Source: Pristiophorus japonicus (taxonomy: Eukaryota). Taken from it: a stretch of 64,000 nucleotides of DNA. Under the pieces are notes generated by a model. The model did not search any database, was not told where the DNA came from, and saw only the letters and a list, made by a program, of their open reading frames with translations. The stretch lies in contig NC_091982.1 in assembly GCF_044704955.1 (NCBI RefSeq), forward strand, positions 131,998,001-132,062,000, read 5' to 3'. Of this stretch, positions 28,501 to 41,465 are shown piece by piece. Numbering within the stretch: position 1 is the stretch's first letter; the number at the start of each line of letters is the position of its first letter. The translations under genes were made by a program, and so were the position numbers.

Positions 28501-31500
28501 ACACATTGTTCAGATATAGAGTAGACACATTGTTTGGGTACAGAGTAGACACATTGTTCAGGTGCACAGTAGACACAGTGTTCAGGTACAGAGTAGACAC
28601 ATTTTGCAGGTACAGAGTAGACACATTGTCTGTGTACAGAGTAGACACATTGTTCATGTACAGATTGGACACATTATTCAGGTACAGAGTAGACACATTG
28701 TTCAGGTACAGAGTGGATACACTGTTCAGGTACAGAGTCGACACACTGTTCAGGTACAGAGGAGACACAATGTTCAGGTACATGGTAGTCACATTGCTCA
28801 GGTACAGAGTAGACACATTGTTCAGGTACAGAGTAGACACAATGTTCAGGTACAGAGTCGACACACTGTTCAGGTACAGAGTAGAAACAGTATTCAGGTA
28901 CAGAGTAGACACAGTTGCCAGGTACAGAGTAGATACATTGTTTAGGTATAGAGAAGAGATGTTGTTCAGGTACAGAGTAGACACATTGTTCAGCGACAGA
29001 GTAAACACCTTGTCCAGATATAAGATATAGACAGTGTTCAGGTTCAGTGTAGACCTACAGTGTTCAGGTACACAGAAGGCACGGTGTTCAGGCACAGAGT
29101 AGACATATTCTTGTAGTACAGCAAGGAAACATTGTTCAGGTACAGAGTAGAAGCATTGTTCAGGTAAAGAGTAGACACATTGTTTAGGTACAGAGTAGAC
29201 ACAGTGTTTGGGCACAGAGTAGAAACAGTGTTCAGGGACAGAGTAGACACATTGTTCAATACATAATAGACACATTGTTCAGGTACAGAACAGTCACATT
29301 GTTCAGGTCCAGAGTAGACATGATGATCAGATACAGAGTAGAAACAGTGTTCACGCACAGAGTAGACACAGTGTTCAGGTACAGAGGAGACACATTGTTC
29401 AATACAGAGTAGACAAAGTGTTCAGGTACAGAGTAGACACAATGTTCAGGTACAGAGTAGACACATTGTTCAATACAGAGTAGACACAGTGTTCAGGTAC
29501 AGAGTAGACACAGTATTTAGGTACAGAGTAGACACAGTGTTCAGGTACAGAGTAGAAACAGTGTTCATGTACAGAGTAGACACATTGTTCTAGTACAGAG
29601 CAGACACATTGTTTAGGTACAGTGGAGACACATTGTTCAGATACAGAGTAGACACATTGTTCAGGTCCAGAGGAGAGACATTGATCAGGTACAGAGTAGA
29701 CACATTGTTCAGGTGCACAGTAGACACAGTGTTCAGGTACACAGTAGACACATTCCTCAGGTACAGAGTAGACACATTGTCTGTGTACAGAGTAGACACA
29801 TTTTCATGTACAGAGCAGCCACATTGTTCAGGTACAGTGTAGACACATTGTTGAGGTACAGAGTAGACACATTGTTCAGGTATAGAGTAGAAACATTTTT
29901 CAGATACAGAGCAGATACATTGTTCAAGTACAGAGTTGAAACATTGTTCAGGTACAGAGTAGAAAACTGTTCAGGTACAGAGTAGACACATTTTTTGGGA
30001 GCAGATTGGGCACATTGTTCAGGTACAGAGCAGATACATTGTTCAGGTACAGGGGCGACACATTGTTCAAGTACAGGGTAGACACAGTGTTCAGCTACAG
30101 AGTCGAAACATTGTTCAGGTACAGAGAAGACACATTGTTCAGGTACTGTGTAGACACAGAGTTCAGGTACAGAGTAGACACATTGTTTATGTACAGAGTA
30201 GAGAGAGTGTTCAGGTACAGAGTAAATACATTGTTCAGATACAGAGCAGATACATTGTTCAGGTACAGAGTAGACACATTGTTTAGGTACAGAGTAGAAA
30301 CATTTTTCAGGTACATAGTAGGCACATTGTTTCGGTACAGATTGGACACATTGTTCAGGTACAGAGTGGACACATTGTTCAGGTTCAGAGTGGCACATTG
30401 TTCAGGTACAGAGTAGACACAGTGTTCAGCTACAGTGTAGACACATTGTTGAGGTACTGAGTAGAAACATTGTTCAGGTACAGAGTTGACAATCTGTTCA
30501 GGTACAGAGTAGACACATCGTTTGTGCACAGAGTAGACACATTGTTGAGGTACAGAGTAGAAAAACTGTTCAGGTACAGAGTAGACACAGTGTTCAGGTA
30601 CACAGTAGACACATTGGTCAGGTACAGAGTAGACACATTCATTAGGTACAGAGTGGACCCGGGGACCAGTTACAGTGTAGACACATTGTTTAGGTACAGA
30701 GTAGACACATTGTTTCGGTACAGAGTAGACACAGGGTTCAGGTACAGAGTAGACACATTGTTCTGGTACAGATTAGACACATTGTACAGTGTTTATGTAC
30801 AGAGTAGACACATTGTTTAGGTACAGAGTAGACACAGGGTTCAGGTACAGAGTAGACACATTGTTCAGGTGCAGAGCAGACACATTGTTTAGGTACAGAG
30901 TAGACACAGTGTTCAGGTACATAGTAGACATATTGTTCAAGTACAGAGTAGAAACATTGTTCAGGTACAGAGTCGACACTTTGTTCAGGTACAGAGTAGA
31001 CACATTGTTCAGGTACAGAGTAGACACATTGTTCAGGTACAGAGTAGACACAATGATCAGGCACAGAGTAGAAACAGTGTTCAGGTACAGAGTAGACACA
31101 GTGTTCAGGAACAGAGTAGAAACTTTGTTCAGGTACAGATCAGACTCATTGTTCACGTACAGAGTAGAGACATTGTTTAGTATAGAGTAGAAACATTGTT
31201 AGGTACAGAGTAGACACAGTGTTCAGGTACAGAGTAGACACACAGTTCAGGTACAGAGTAGACACAGTGTTCAGGTACAGTGCAGATACATCATTCCAGT
31301 AGAGAGTAGACACATTATTCAGGTACAGAGTAGACATTGTGTTCAGGTACAGAGTAGACACATTGTTCAGGTACAGAGTAGACATTGTGTTCAGGTACAG
31401 AGTAGACACATTGTTCAGGTACAGAGTAGACACATTGTTCAGGTACAGAGTAGACACATTGTTTGGATACAGAGTAGACACATTATTCAGGTACAGAGTC

Positions 31501-34500
31501 AACACATTGTTCAGGTGCAGAGTAGACACATTGTTCAGGTGCACAGTAGAACAGTGTTCAGGTAGAGTAGACACATTCTTCAGGTAGAGAGTAGACACAT
31601 TGTCTTTGTACGGAGTGGACACATTGTTCATGTACAGAGTAGACACATTGATCAGGTACAGAGTAGAAACAGTGTTCCGGTACAGATTAGACACAGTGTT
31701 CAGGTACAGAGTGGACACATTGTTCAGGTTCAGAGTGGCACATTGTTCAGGTACAGAGCAGACACAGTGTTCAGCTACAGTGTAGACACATTGTTGAGGT
31801 ACTGAGTAGACACATTGTTCAGGTGCAGAGTAGAAACATTTTTCAGATACAGAGTAGAAACATTGTTCAGGTACAGAGTTGACAATCTGTTCAGGTACAG
31901 AGTAGACACATTGTTTGTGCACAGAGTAGACACATTGTTCAGGTACACAGTAGACACATTGTTCAGGTACAGAGTAGACACATTCATTAGGTACAGAGTG
32001 GACCCGAGGACCAGTTACAGTGTAGACACATTGTTTAGGTACAGAGTAGACACATTGTTTCGGTACAGAGTAGAAACAGTGTCCATGTACAGAGTAGACA
32101 CATTGTTCTGGTACAGAGTAGACACATTGTACAGTGTTCAGGTGCAGAGCAGACACATTGTTTAGGTACAGAGTAGACAGATTGTTCAGGGTCAAAGTAG
32201 ACACCTTGTTCAGGTATCGAGTAGACACAGTGTTCAGGTACATAGTAGACATATTGTTCAGGTACAGAGTAGACACATTGTTCAGGTACAGAGTAGACAC
32301 ATTGTTCAGGTACAGAGTAGACACATTGTTCAGGTACAGAGTAGACACATTGTTCAGGTACAGAGTAGAAGCTTTGTTTAGGTACAGAGTAGACACATTG
32401 TTCAGGTACAGAGTAGACATATTGTTCAGGTACAGAGTAGACACATTGTTCAGGTACAGAGTAGAAGCTTTGTTTAGGTACAGAGTAGACACATTGTTTA
32501 GGTACAGAGTAGAAGCTTTGTTTAGGTACAGAGTAGACACATTGTTCAGGTACAGAGTAGACACATTGTTCAGGTACAGAGTAGACACATTGTTCAGGTA
32601 CAGAGTAGAAGCTTTGTTTAGGTATAGAGTAGAAACAGTGTCCATGTACAGAGTAGACACATTGTTCTGGTCCAGAGTTGACACATTGTACAGTGTTTAT
32701 GTACAGAGTAGACACAGGGTTCAGGTACAGAGTAGACACATTGTTCAGGTGTATAGCAGACACATTGTTTAGGTACAGAGTAGACAGATCGTTCAGGGTC
32801 AAAGTAGACACATTATTCAGGTGTAGATTAGACACTGTGTTCAGGTACAGAGTCGACACATTGTTCAGGTACAGAGTAGAAACAGTGTTCAGGTACAGAG
32901 TAGACACATTGTTCAGGTACAGAGTAGACACAATGTTCAGGTACAGAGTAGACACATTGATCAGGTGCAGAGTAGACACATTGTTCAGATACCGAGTAGA
33001 CACAGTGTTCAGTTACAGAGTAGAAACAGTGTTCAGGTACAGTGCAGACACATTGTTCGATCCAGAGCAGTCACATTGTTCAGGTCCAGAGTAGACATGA
33101 TGATCAGGTACAGAGTAGACACAGTGTTTAGGTACAGAGTAGACACATTGTTTAGGTACAGAGTAGACACATTGTTCAGGTACAGAGTAGACACAATGTT
33201 CAGGTACAGAGGAGACACATTGTTCAGGTACAGAGTAGACACAATGATCAGGCACAGAGTAGAAACAGTGTTCATTTACAGAGTAGACACAGTGTTCAGG
33301 TGCAGTGTAGACACATTGTTGAGGTACAGAGTAGACACATTGTTCAGGTATAGAGTAGAAACATTTTTCAGATACAGAGTAGATACGTTGTTCAAGTACA
33401 GAGTAGAAACATTGTTCAGGTGCAGAGTAGAAAACTGTTCAGGTACAGAGTAGACACATTGCTTGGGTACAGAGTAGAGACATTGTTCAGGTACAGAGGA
33501 GAAACATTGTTCAGGTACAGAGTAGACACAGTGTTCAGGTACAGAGTAGACACATTGTTCAGGTACAGAGTAGACACTATATTCAGGTACAGAGTAGACA
33601 CATTTTTTGGGAACAGAGTAGACACATTGTTCAGGTACAGTGTGGACACATTGTTCAGGTACAGAGTAGAAACATTATTCAGGTACATAGTAGGCACATT
33701 GTTCAGGTACAGAGTAGACACATTGTTTATGTACAGAGTAGAGAGAGTGTTCAGGTACACAGCAGATACATAGTTCAGATACAGAGTAGACACATTGTTC
33801 AGGTACAGAGTAGACATATTCTTTAGGTACAGAGTAGACTCAGGGACCAGTTACAGTGTAGACACATTGTTCAGGTACAGTGTGGACACATTGTTCAGGT
33901 AAAGAGTAGAAACATTTTTCAGGTACATAGTAGGCACATTGTTTAGGTACAGAGTAGACACATTGTTTATGTACGGAGTAGACACATTGTTCAGGTACAG
34001 AGTGGACACATTGTTCAGGTACAGAGTGGACACATTGTTCAGGTATAGTGGAGAAACATTTTTCAGATACAGAGTGGAAACATTGTTTAGGTACAGAGGA
34101 GACAAACTGTTCAGGTACAGAGTAGACACATTGATTGTGTACATAGTAGACACATTGTTCAGGTACAGAGGAGAAACATTGTTCAGGTACAGAGTAGACA
34201 CATTGTTCAGGTTCAGAGTAGACGCATTGTTCAGGTACAGAGTAGACACATTGTTTGGATACAGAGTAGACACATTGTTCAGGTACAGAGTCAACACATT
34301 GTTCAGGTGCAGAGTAGACACATTGTTCAGGTGCACAGTAGAACAGTGTTCAGGTAGAGTAGACACATTCTTCAGGTAGAGAGTAGACACATTGTCTTTG
34401 TACGGAGTGGACACATTGTTCATGTACAGAGTAGACACATTGATCAGGTACAGAGTAGAAACAGTGTTCCGGTACAGATTAGACACAGTGTTCAGGTACA

Positions 34501-37500
34501 GAGTGGACACATTGTTCAGGTTCAGAGTGGCACATTGTTCAGGTACAGAGCAGACACAGTGTTCAGCTACAGTGTAGACACATTGTTGAGGTACTGAGTA
34601 GACACATTGTTCAGGTGCAGAGTAGAAACATTTTTCAGATACAGAGTAGAAACATTGTTCAGGTACAGAGTTGACAATCTGTTCAGGTACAGAGTAGACA
34701 CATTGTTTGTGCACAGAGTAGACACATTGTTCAGGTACACAGTAGACACATTGTTCAGGTACAGAGTAGACACATTCATTAGGTACAGAGTGGACCCGAG
34801 GACCAGTTACAGTGTAGACACATTGTTTAGGTACAGAGTAGACACATTGTTTCGGTACAGAGTAGAAACAGTGTCCATGTACAGAGTAGACACATTGTTC
34901 TGGTACAGAGTAGACACATTGTACAGTGTTCAGGTGCAGAGCAGACACATTGTTTAGGTACAGAGTAGACAGATTGTTCAGGGTCAAAGTAGACACCTTG
35001 TTCAGGTATCGAGTAGACACAGTGTTCAGGTACATAGTAGACATATTGTTCAGGTACAGAGTAGACACATTGTTCAGGTACAGAGTAGACACATTGTTCA
35101 GGTACAGAGTAGACACATTGTTCAGGTACAGAGTAGACACATTGTTCAGGTACAGAGTAGAAGCTTTGTTTAGGTACAGAGTAGACACATTGTTCAGGTA
35201 CAGAGTAGACATATTGTTCAGGTACAGAGTAGACACATTGTTCAGGTACAGAGTAGAAGCTTTGTTTAGGTACAGAGTAGACACATTGTTTAGGTACAGA
35301 GTAGAAGCTTTGTTTAGGTACAGAGTAGACACATTGTTCAGGTACAGAGTAGACACATTGTTCAGGTACAGAGTAGACACATTGTTCAGGTACAGAGTAG
35401 AAGCTTTGTTTAGGTATAGAGTAGAAACAGTGTCCATGTACAGAGTAGACACATTGTTCTGGTCCAGAGTTGACACATTGTACAGTGTTTATGTACAGAG
35501 TAGACACAGGGTTCAGGTACAGAGTAGACACATTGTTCAGGTGTATAGCAGACACATTGTTTAGGTACAGAGTAGACAGATCGTTCAGGGTCAAAGTAGA
35601 CACATTATTCAGGTGTAGATTAGACACTGTGTTCAGGTACAGAGTCGACACATTGTTCAGGTACAGAGTAGAAACAGTGTTCAGGTACAGAGTAGACACA
35701 TTGTTCAGGTACAGAGTAGACACAATGTTCAGGTACAGAGTAGACACATTGATCAGGTGCAGAGTAGACACATTGTTCAGATACCGAGTAGACACAGTGT
35801 TCAGTTACAGAGTAGAAACAGTGTTCAGGTACAGTGCAGACACATCGTTCGATCCAGAGCAGTCACATTGTTCAGGTCCAGAGTAGACACGATGATCAGG
35901 TACAGAGTAGACACAGTGTTTAGGTACAGAGTAGACACATTGTTTAGGTACAGAGTAGACACATTGTTCAGGTACAGAGTAGACACAATGTTCAGGTACA
36001 GAGGAGACACATTGTTCAGGTACAGAGTAGACACAATGATCAGGCACAGAGTAGAAACAGTGTTCATTTACAGAGTAGACACAGTGTTCAGGTGCAGTGT
36101 AGACACATTGTTGAGGTACAGAGTAGACACATTGTTCAGGTATAGAGTAGAAACATTTTTCAGATACAGAGTAGATACGTTGTTCAAGTACAGAGTAGAA
36201 ACATTGTTCAGGTGCAGAGTAGAAAACTGTTCAGGTACAGAGTAGACACATTGCTTGGGTACAGAGTAGAGACATTGTTCAGGTACAGAGGAGAAACATT
36301 GTTCAGGTACAGAGTAGACACAGTGTTCAGGTACAGAGTAGACACATTGTTCAGGTACAGAGTAGACACTATATTCAGGTACAGAGTAGACACATTTTTT
36401 GGGAACAGAGTAGACACATTGTTCAGGTACAGTGTGGACACATTGTTCAGGTACAGAGTAGAAACATTATTCAGGTACATAGTAGGCACATTGTTCAGGT
36501 ACAGAGTAGACACATTGTTTATGTACAGAGTAGAGAGAGTGTTCAGGTACACAGCAGATACATAGTTCAGATACAGAGTAGACACATTGTTCAGGTACAG
36601 AGTAGACATATTCTTTAGGTACAGAGTAGACTCAGGGACCAGTTACAGTGTAGACACATTGTTCAGGTACAGTGTGGACACATTGTTCAGGTAAAGAGTA
36701 GAAACATTTTTCAGGTACATAGTAGGCACATTGTTTAGGTACAGAGTAGACACATTGTTTATGTACGGAGTAGACACATTGTTCAGGTACAGAGTGGACA
36801 CATTGTTCAGGTACAGAGTGGACACATTGTTCAGGTATAGTGGAGAAACATTTTTCAGATACAGAGTGGAAACATTGTTTAGGTACAGAGGAGACAATCT
36901 GTTCAGGTACAGAGTAGACACATTGATTGTGTACAGAGTAGACACATTGTTCAGGTACAGAGGAGAAACATTGTTCAGGTACAGAGTAGACACATTGTTC
37001 AGGTTCAGAGTAGACACATTGTTCAGGTACAGAGTAGACACATTGTTTGGATACAGAGTAGACACATTATTCAGGTACAGAGTCAACACATTGTTCAGGT
37101 GCAGAGTAGACACATTGTTCAGGTGCACAGTAGAACAGTGTTCAGGTAGAGTAGACACATTCTTCAGGTAGAGAGTAGACACATTGTCTTTGTACGGAGT
37201 GGACACATTGTTCATGTACAGAGTAGACACATTGATCAGGTACAGAGTAGAAACAGTGTTCCGGTACAGAGTAGACACAGTGTTCAGGTACAGAGTGGAC
37301 ACATTGTTCAGGTTCAGAGTGGCACATTGTTCAGGTACAGAGCAGACACAGTGTTCAGCTACAGTGTAGACACATTGTTGAGGTACTGAGTAGACACATT
37401 GTTCAGGTGCAGAGTAGAAACATTTTTCAGATACAGAGTAGAAACATTGTTCAGGTACAGAGTTGACAATCTGTTCAGGTACAGAGTAGACACATTGTTT

Positions 37501-40500
37501 GTGCACAGAGTAGACACATTGTTCAGGTACACAGTAGACACATTGTTCAGGTACAGAGTAGACACATTCATTAGGTACAGAGTGGACCCGAGGACCAGTT
37601 ACAGTGTAGACACATTGTTTAGGTACAGAGTAGACACATTGTTTCGGTACAGAGTAGAAACAGTGTCCATGTACAGAGTAGACACATTGTTCTGGTACAG
37701 AGTAGACACATTGTACAGTGTTCAGGTGCAGAGCAGACACATTGTTTAGGTACAGAGTAGACAGATTGTTCAGGGTCAAAGTAGACACCTTGTTCAGGTA
37801 TCGAGTAGACACAGTGTTCAGGTACATAGTAGACATATTGTTCAGGTACAGAGTAGACACATTGTTCAGGTACAGAGTAGACACATTGTTCAGGTACAGA
37901 GTAGACACATTGTTCAGGTACAGAGTAGACACATTGTTCAGGTACAGAGTAGAAGCTTTGTTTAGGTACAGAGTAGACACATTGTTCAGGTACAGAGTAG
38001 ACATATTGTTCAGGTACAGAGTAGACACATTGTTCAGGTACAGAGTAGAAGCTTTGTTTAGGTACAGAGTAGACACATTGTTTAGGTACAGAGTAGAAGC
38101 TTTGTTTAGGTACAGAGTAGACACATTGTTCAGGTACAGAGTAGACACATTGTTCAGGTACAGAGTAGACACATTGTTCAGGTACAGAGTAGAAGCTTTG
38201 TTTAGGTATAGAGTAGAAACAGTGTCCATGTACAGAGTAGACACATTGTTCTGGTCCAGAGTTGACACATTGTACAGTGTTTATGTACAGAGTAGACACA
38301 GGGTTCAGGTACAGAGTAGACACATTGTTCAGGTGTATAGCAGACACATTGTTTAGGTACAGAGTAGACAGATCGTTCAGGGTCAAAGTAGACACATTAT
38401 TCAGGTGTAGATTAGACACTGTGTTCAGGTACAGAGTCGACACATTGTTCAGGTACAGAGTAGAAACAGTGTTCAGGTACAGAGTAGACACATTGTTCAG
38501 GTACAGAGTAGACACAATGTTCAGGTACAGAGTAGACACATTGATCAGGTGCAGAGTAGACACATTGTTCAGATACCGAGTAGACACAGTGTTCAGTTAC
38601 AGAGTAGAAACAGTGTTCAGGTACAGTGCAGACACATCGTTCGATCCAGAGCAGTCACATTGTTCAGGTCCAGAGTAGACACGATGATCAGGTACAGAGT
38701 AGACACAGTGTTTAGGTACAGAGTAGACACATTGTTTAGGTACAGAGTAGACACATTGTTCAGGTACAGAGTAGACACAATGTTCAGGTACAGAGGAGAC
38801 ACATTGTTCAGGTACAGAGTAGACACAATGATCAGGCACAGAGTAGAAACAGTGTTCATTTACAGAGTAGACATAGTGTTCAGGTGCAGTGTAGACACAT
38901 TGTTGAGGTACAGAGTAGACACATTGTTCAGGTATAGAGTAGAAACATTTTTCAGATACAGAGTAGATACGTTGTTCAAGTACAGAGTAGAAACATTGTT
39001 CAGGTGCAGAGTAGAAAACTGTTCAGGTACAGAGTAGACACATTGCTTGGGTACAGAGTAGAGACATTGTTCAGGTACAGAGGAGAAACATTGTTCAGGT
39101 ACAGAGTAGACACAGTGTTCAGGTACAGAGTAGACACATTGTTCAGGTACAGAGTAGACACTATATTCAGGTACAGAGTAGACACATTTTTTGGGAACAG
39201 AGTAGATACATTGTTCAGGTACAGTGTGGACACATTGTTCAGGTACAGAGTAGAAACATTATTCAGGTACATAGTAGGCACATTGTTCAGGTACAGAGTA
39301 GACACATTGTTTATGTACAGAGTAGAGAGAGTGTTCAGGTACACAGCAGATACATAGTTCAGATACAGAGTAGACACATTGTTCAGGTACAGAGTAGACA
39401 TATTCTTTAGGTACAGAGTAGACTCAGGGACCAGTTACAGTGTAGACACATTGTTCAGGTACAGTGTGGACACATTGTTCAGGTAAAGAGTAGAAACATT
39501 TTTCAGGTACATAGTAGGCACATTGTTTAGGTACAGAGTAGACACATTGTTTATGTACGGAGTAGACACATTGTTCAGGTACAGAGTGGACACATTGTTC
39601 AGGTACAGAGTGGACACATTGTTCAGGTATAGTGGAGAAACATTTTTCAGATACAGAGTGGAAACATTGTTTAGGTACAGAGGAGACAAACTGTTCAGGT
39701 ACAGAGTAGACACATTGATTGTGTACAGAGTAGACACATTGTTCAGGTACAGAGGAGAAACATTGTTCAGGTACAGAGTAGACACATTGTTCAGGTTCAG
39801 AGTAGAAACAATGTTCAGGTATAGAGTAGACAGATTGTTCAATACAGAGTAGACACATTGTTCAGGTACAGAGTAGATACATTGTTCAGCTACAGAGTAG
39901 ACACATTGTTCAATACAGAGTAGACACATTGTTCAGGTACAGAGGAGACAGATTTTTCAGGTGCAGAGTAGACACATTGTTCAGGTACAGACTAGACACA
40001 TGGGTTCAGCTACAGAGTAGAGAAAGTGTTCAGCTCCAGAGTAGACACAATGTTCACGTACAGAGTAGAGACATTGTTTAGGTACAGAGTAGAAACATTG
40101 TTAGGTACAGAATAGACAGATTGTTCAGATACAGTGTAGACACGTTTATCAGATAAAGAGTAGACACAGTTTTCAGATACAGAGTCGATACAGTGTTCAG
40201 ATACAGAGTAGACACATTGTTCAGGTACAGAGTAGACACATTGTTCAGATACAGAGTAGACACATTTTTTGGGAACAGAGTAGACACATTGTTCAGGTAC
40301 AGAGCAGATACATTCTTCAGGTACAGTGGCGACACATTGTTCAGGTACAGAGTAGAAACAGTGTTCAGCTACAGAGTCGAAACATTGTTCAGGTACGGAG
40401 AAGACACATTGTTCAGGTACAGAGTAGACACAGTGTTCAGGTACAGAGTAGACACATTGTTTATGAACAGAGTAGACACATTTTTCAGGTACAGAGGAGA

Positions 40501-41465
40501 CACATTGTTTAGGTACAGAGTAGACACATTGTTTAGGTACAGAGTAGACACAGTGTTCAGGTACAGAGTAGACACATTGTTCAGATACAGAGTGGACACG
40601 ATGATCAGGCACAGAGTAGAAACAGTGTTCAGGTACAGAGTAGACACAGTGTTCAGGTACAGAGTAGACACAGTATTCAGGTACAGAGTAGACACAGTGT
40701 TCAGGTACAGAGTAGACACAGTGTTCATGTACAGAGTAGACACATTGTTCAGGTACAGAGTAGACACAGTGTTCAGGTACAGAGTAGACACATTGTTCAA
40801 TACAGAGCAGACACATTGTTCAGGTGCAGAGTCGAAACTGTGTCCAGGTACAGTGCAGACACATCGTTCAGGTAGAGAGTTGTCACATTGTTCAGGTACA
40901 GAGCAGACACATTTTTGAGATACAGAATAGACACAGTATTCAGGTACAGAGTAGACATTGTGTTCAGGTACAGATTAGACACATTTTTCAGGTACAGAGT
41001 TGACACATTGTTCAGGTACAGAGTAGACACAGTGTTCAGGTACAGAGTAGAATCATTGTTCTGGTACAGATTCGACACATTGTTCAGGTACAGAGTAGAC
41101 ACAATGTTCAGGTACAGAGTAGACACATTGTTCAGCTACAGAGTAAACACATTGTCCAGATATTAGATATAGGCAGTGTTCAGGTTCAGTGTAGACACAG
41201 TGTTCAGATACACAGAAGGCACGGTGTTCAGGCACAGAGTAGACATATTCTTGTAGTACAGCAAGGAAACATTGTTCAGCTACAGAGTAGAAACATTGTT
41301 CAGGTAGAGAGTAGACTCATCGTTTAGGTACAGAGTACACACATTGTTTGGTCACATAGTAGACAGTTTTCAGGGACAGAGTAGAGACAGTGTTCAGGTA
41401 CAGAGTAGCTACATTGTTCAGGTACAGAGTAGACACATTGTTCAGGTACAGAGTAGACACATTGT
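19527..41465. repeat. ~9.2-kb segmental tandem duplication of the 24-mer array (copy 1 from ~19,527; copy 2 from ~28,723)
   Basis: Matching ORFs at offset 9196 (19848/29044, 20394/29590, 21542/30738), then 9194 after a 2-bp deletion near 31,561 (22841/32035, 24222/33416), then 14,778 beyond the 2,792-bp triplet (25232/40010, 26275/41053). Confidence 0.9.
31430..39805. repeat. Three tandem copies of a 2,792-bp higher-order unit (116 monomers)
   Basis: ORFs repeat at 31600/34392/37184, 32035/34827/37619 and 33416/36208/39000. 2792 = 116x24 + 14 - 6, matching two 31-bp monomers and six deleted bases. Confidence 0.93.
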
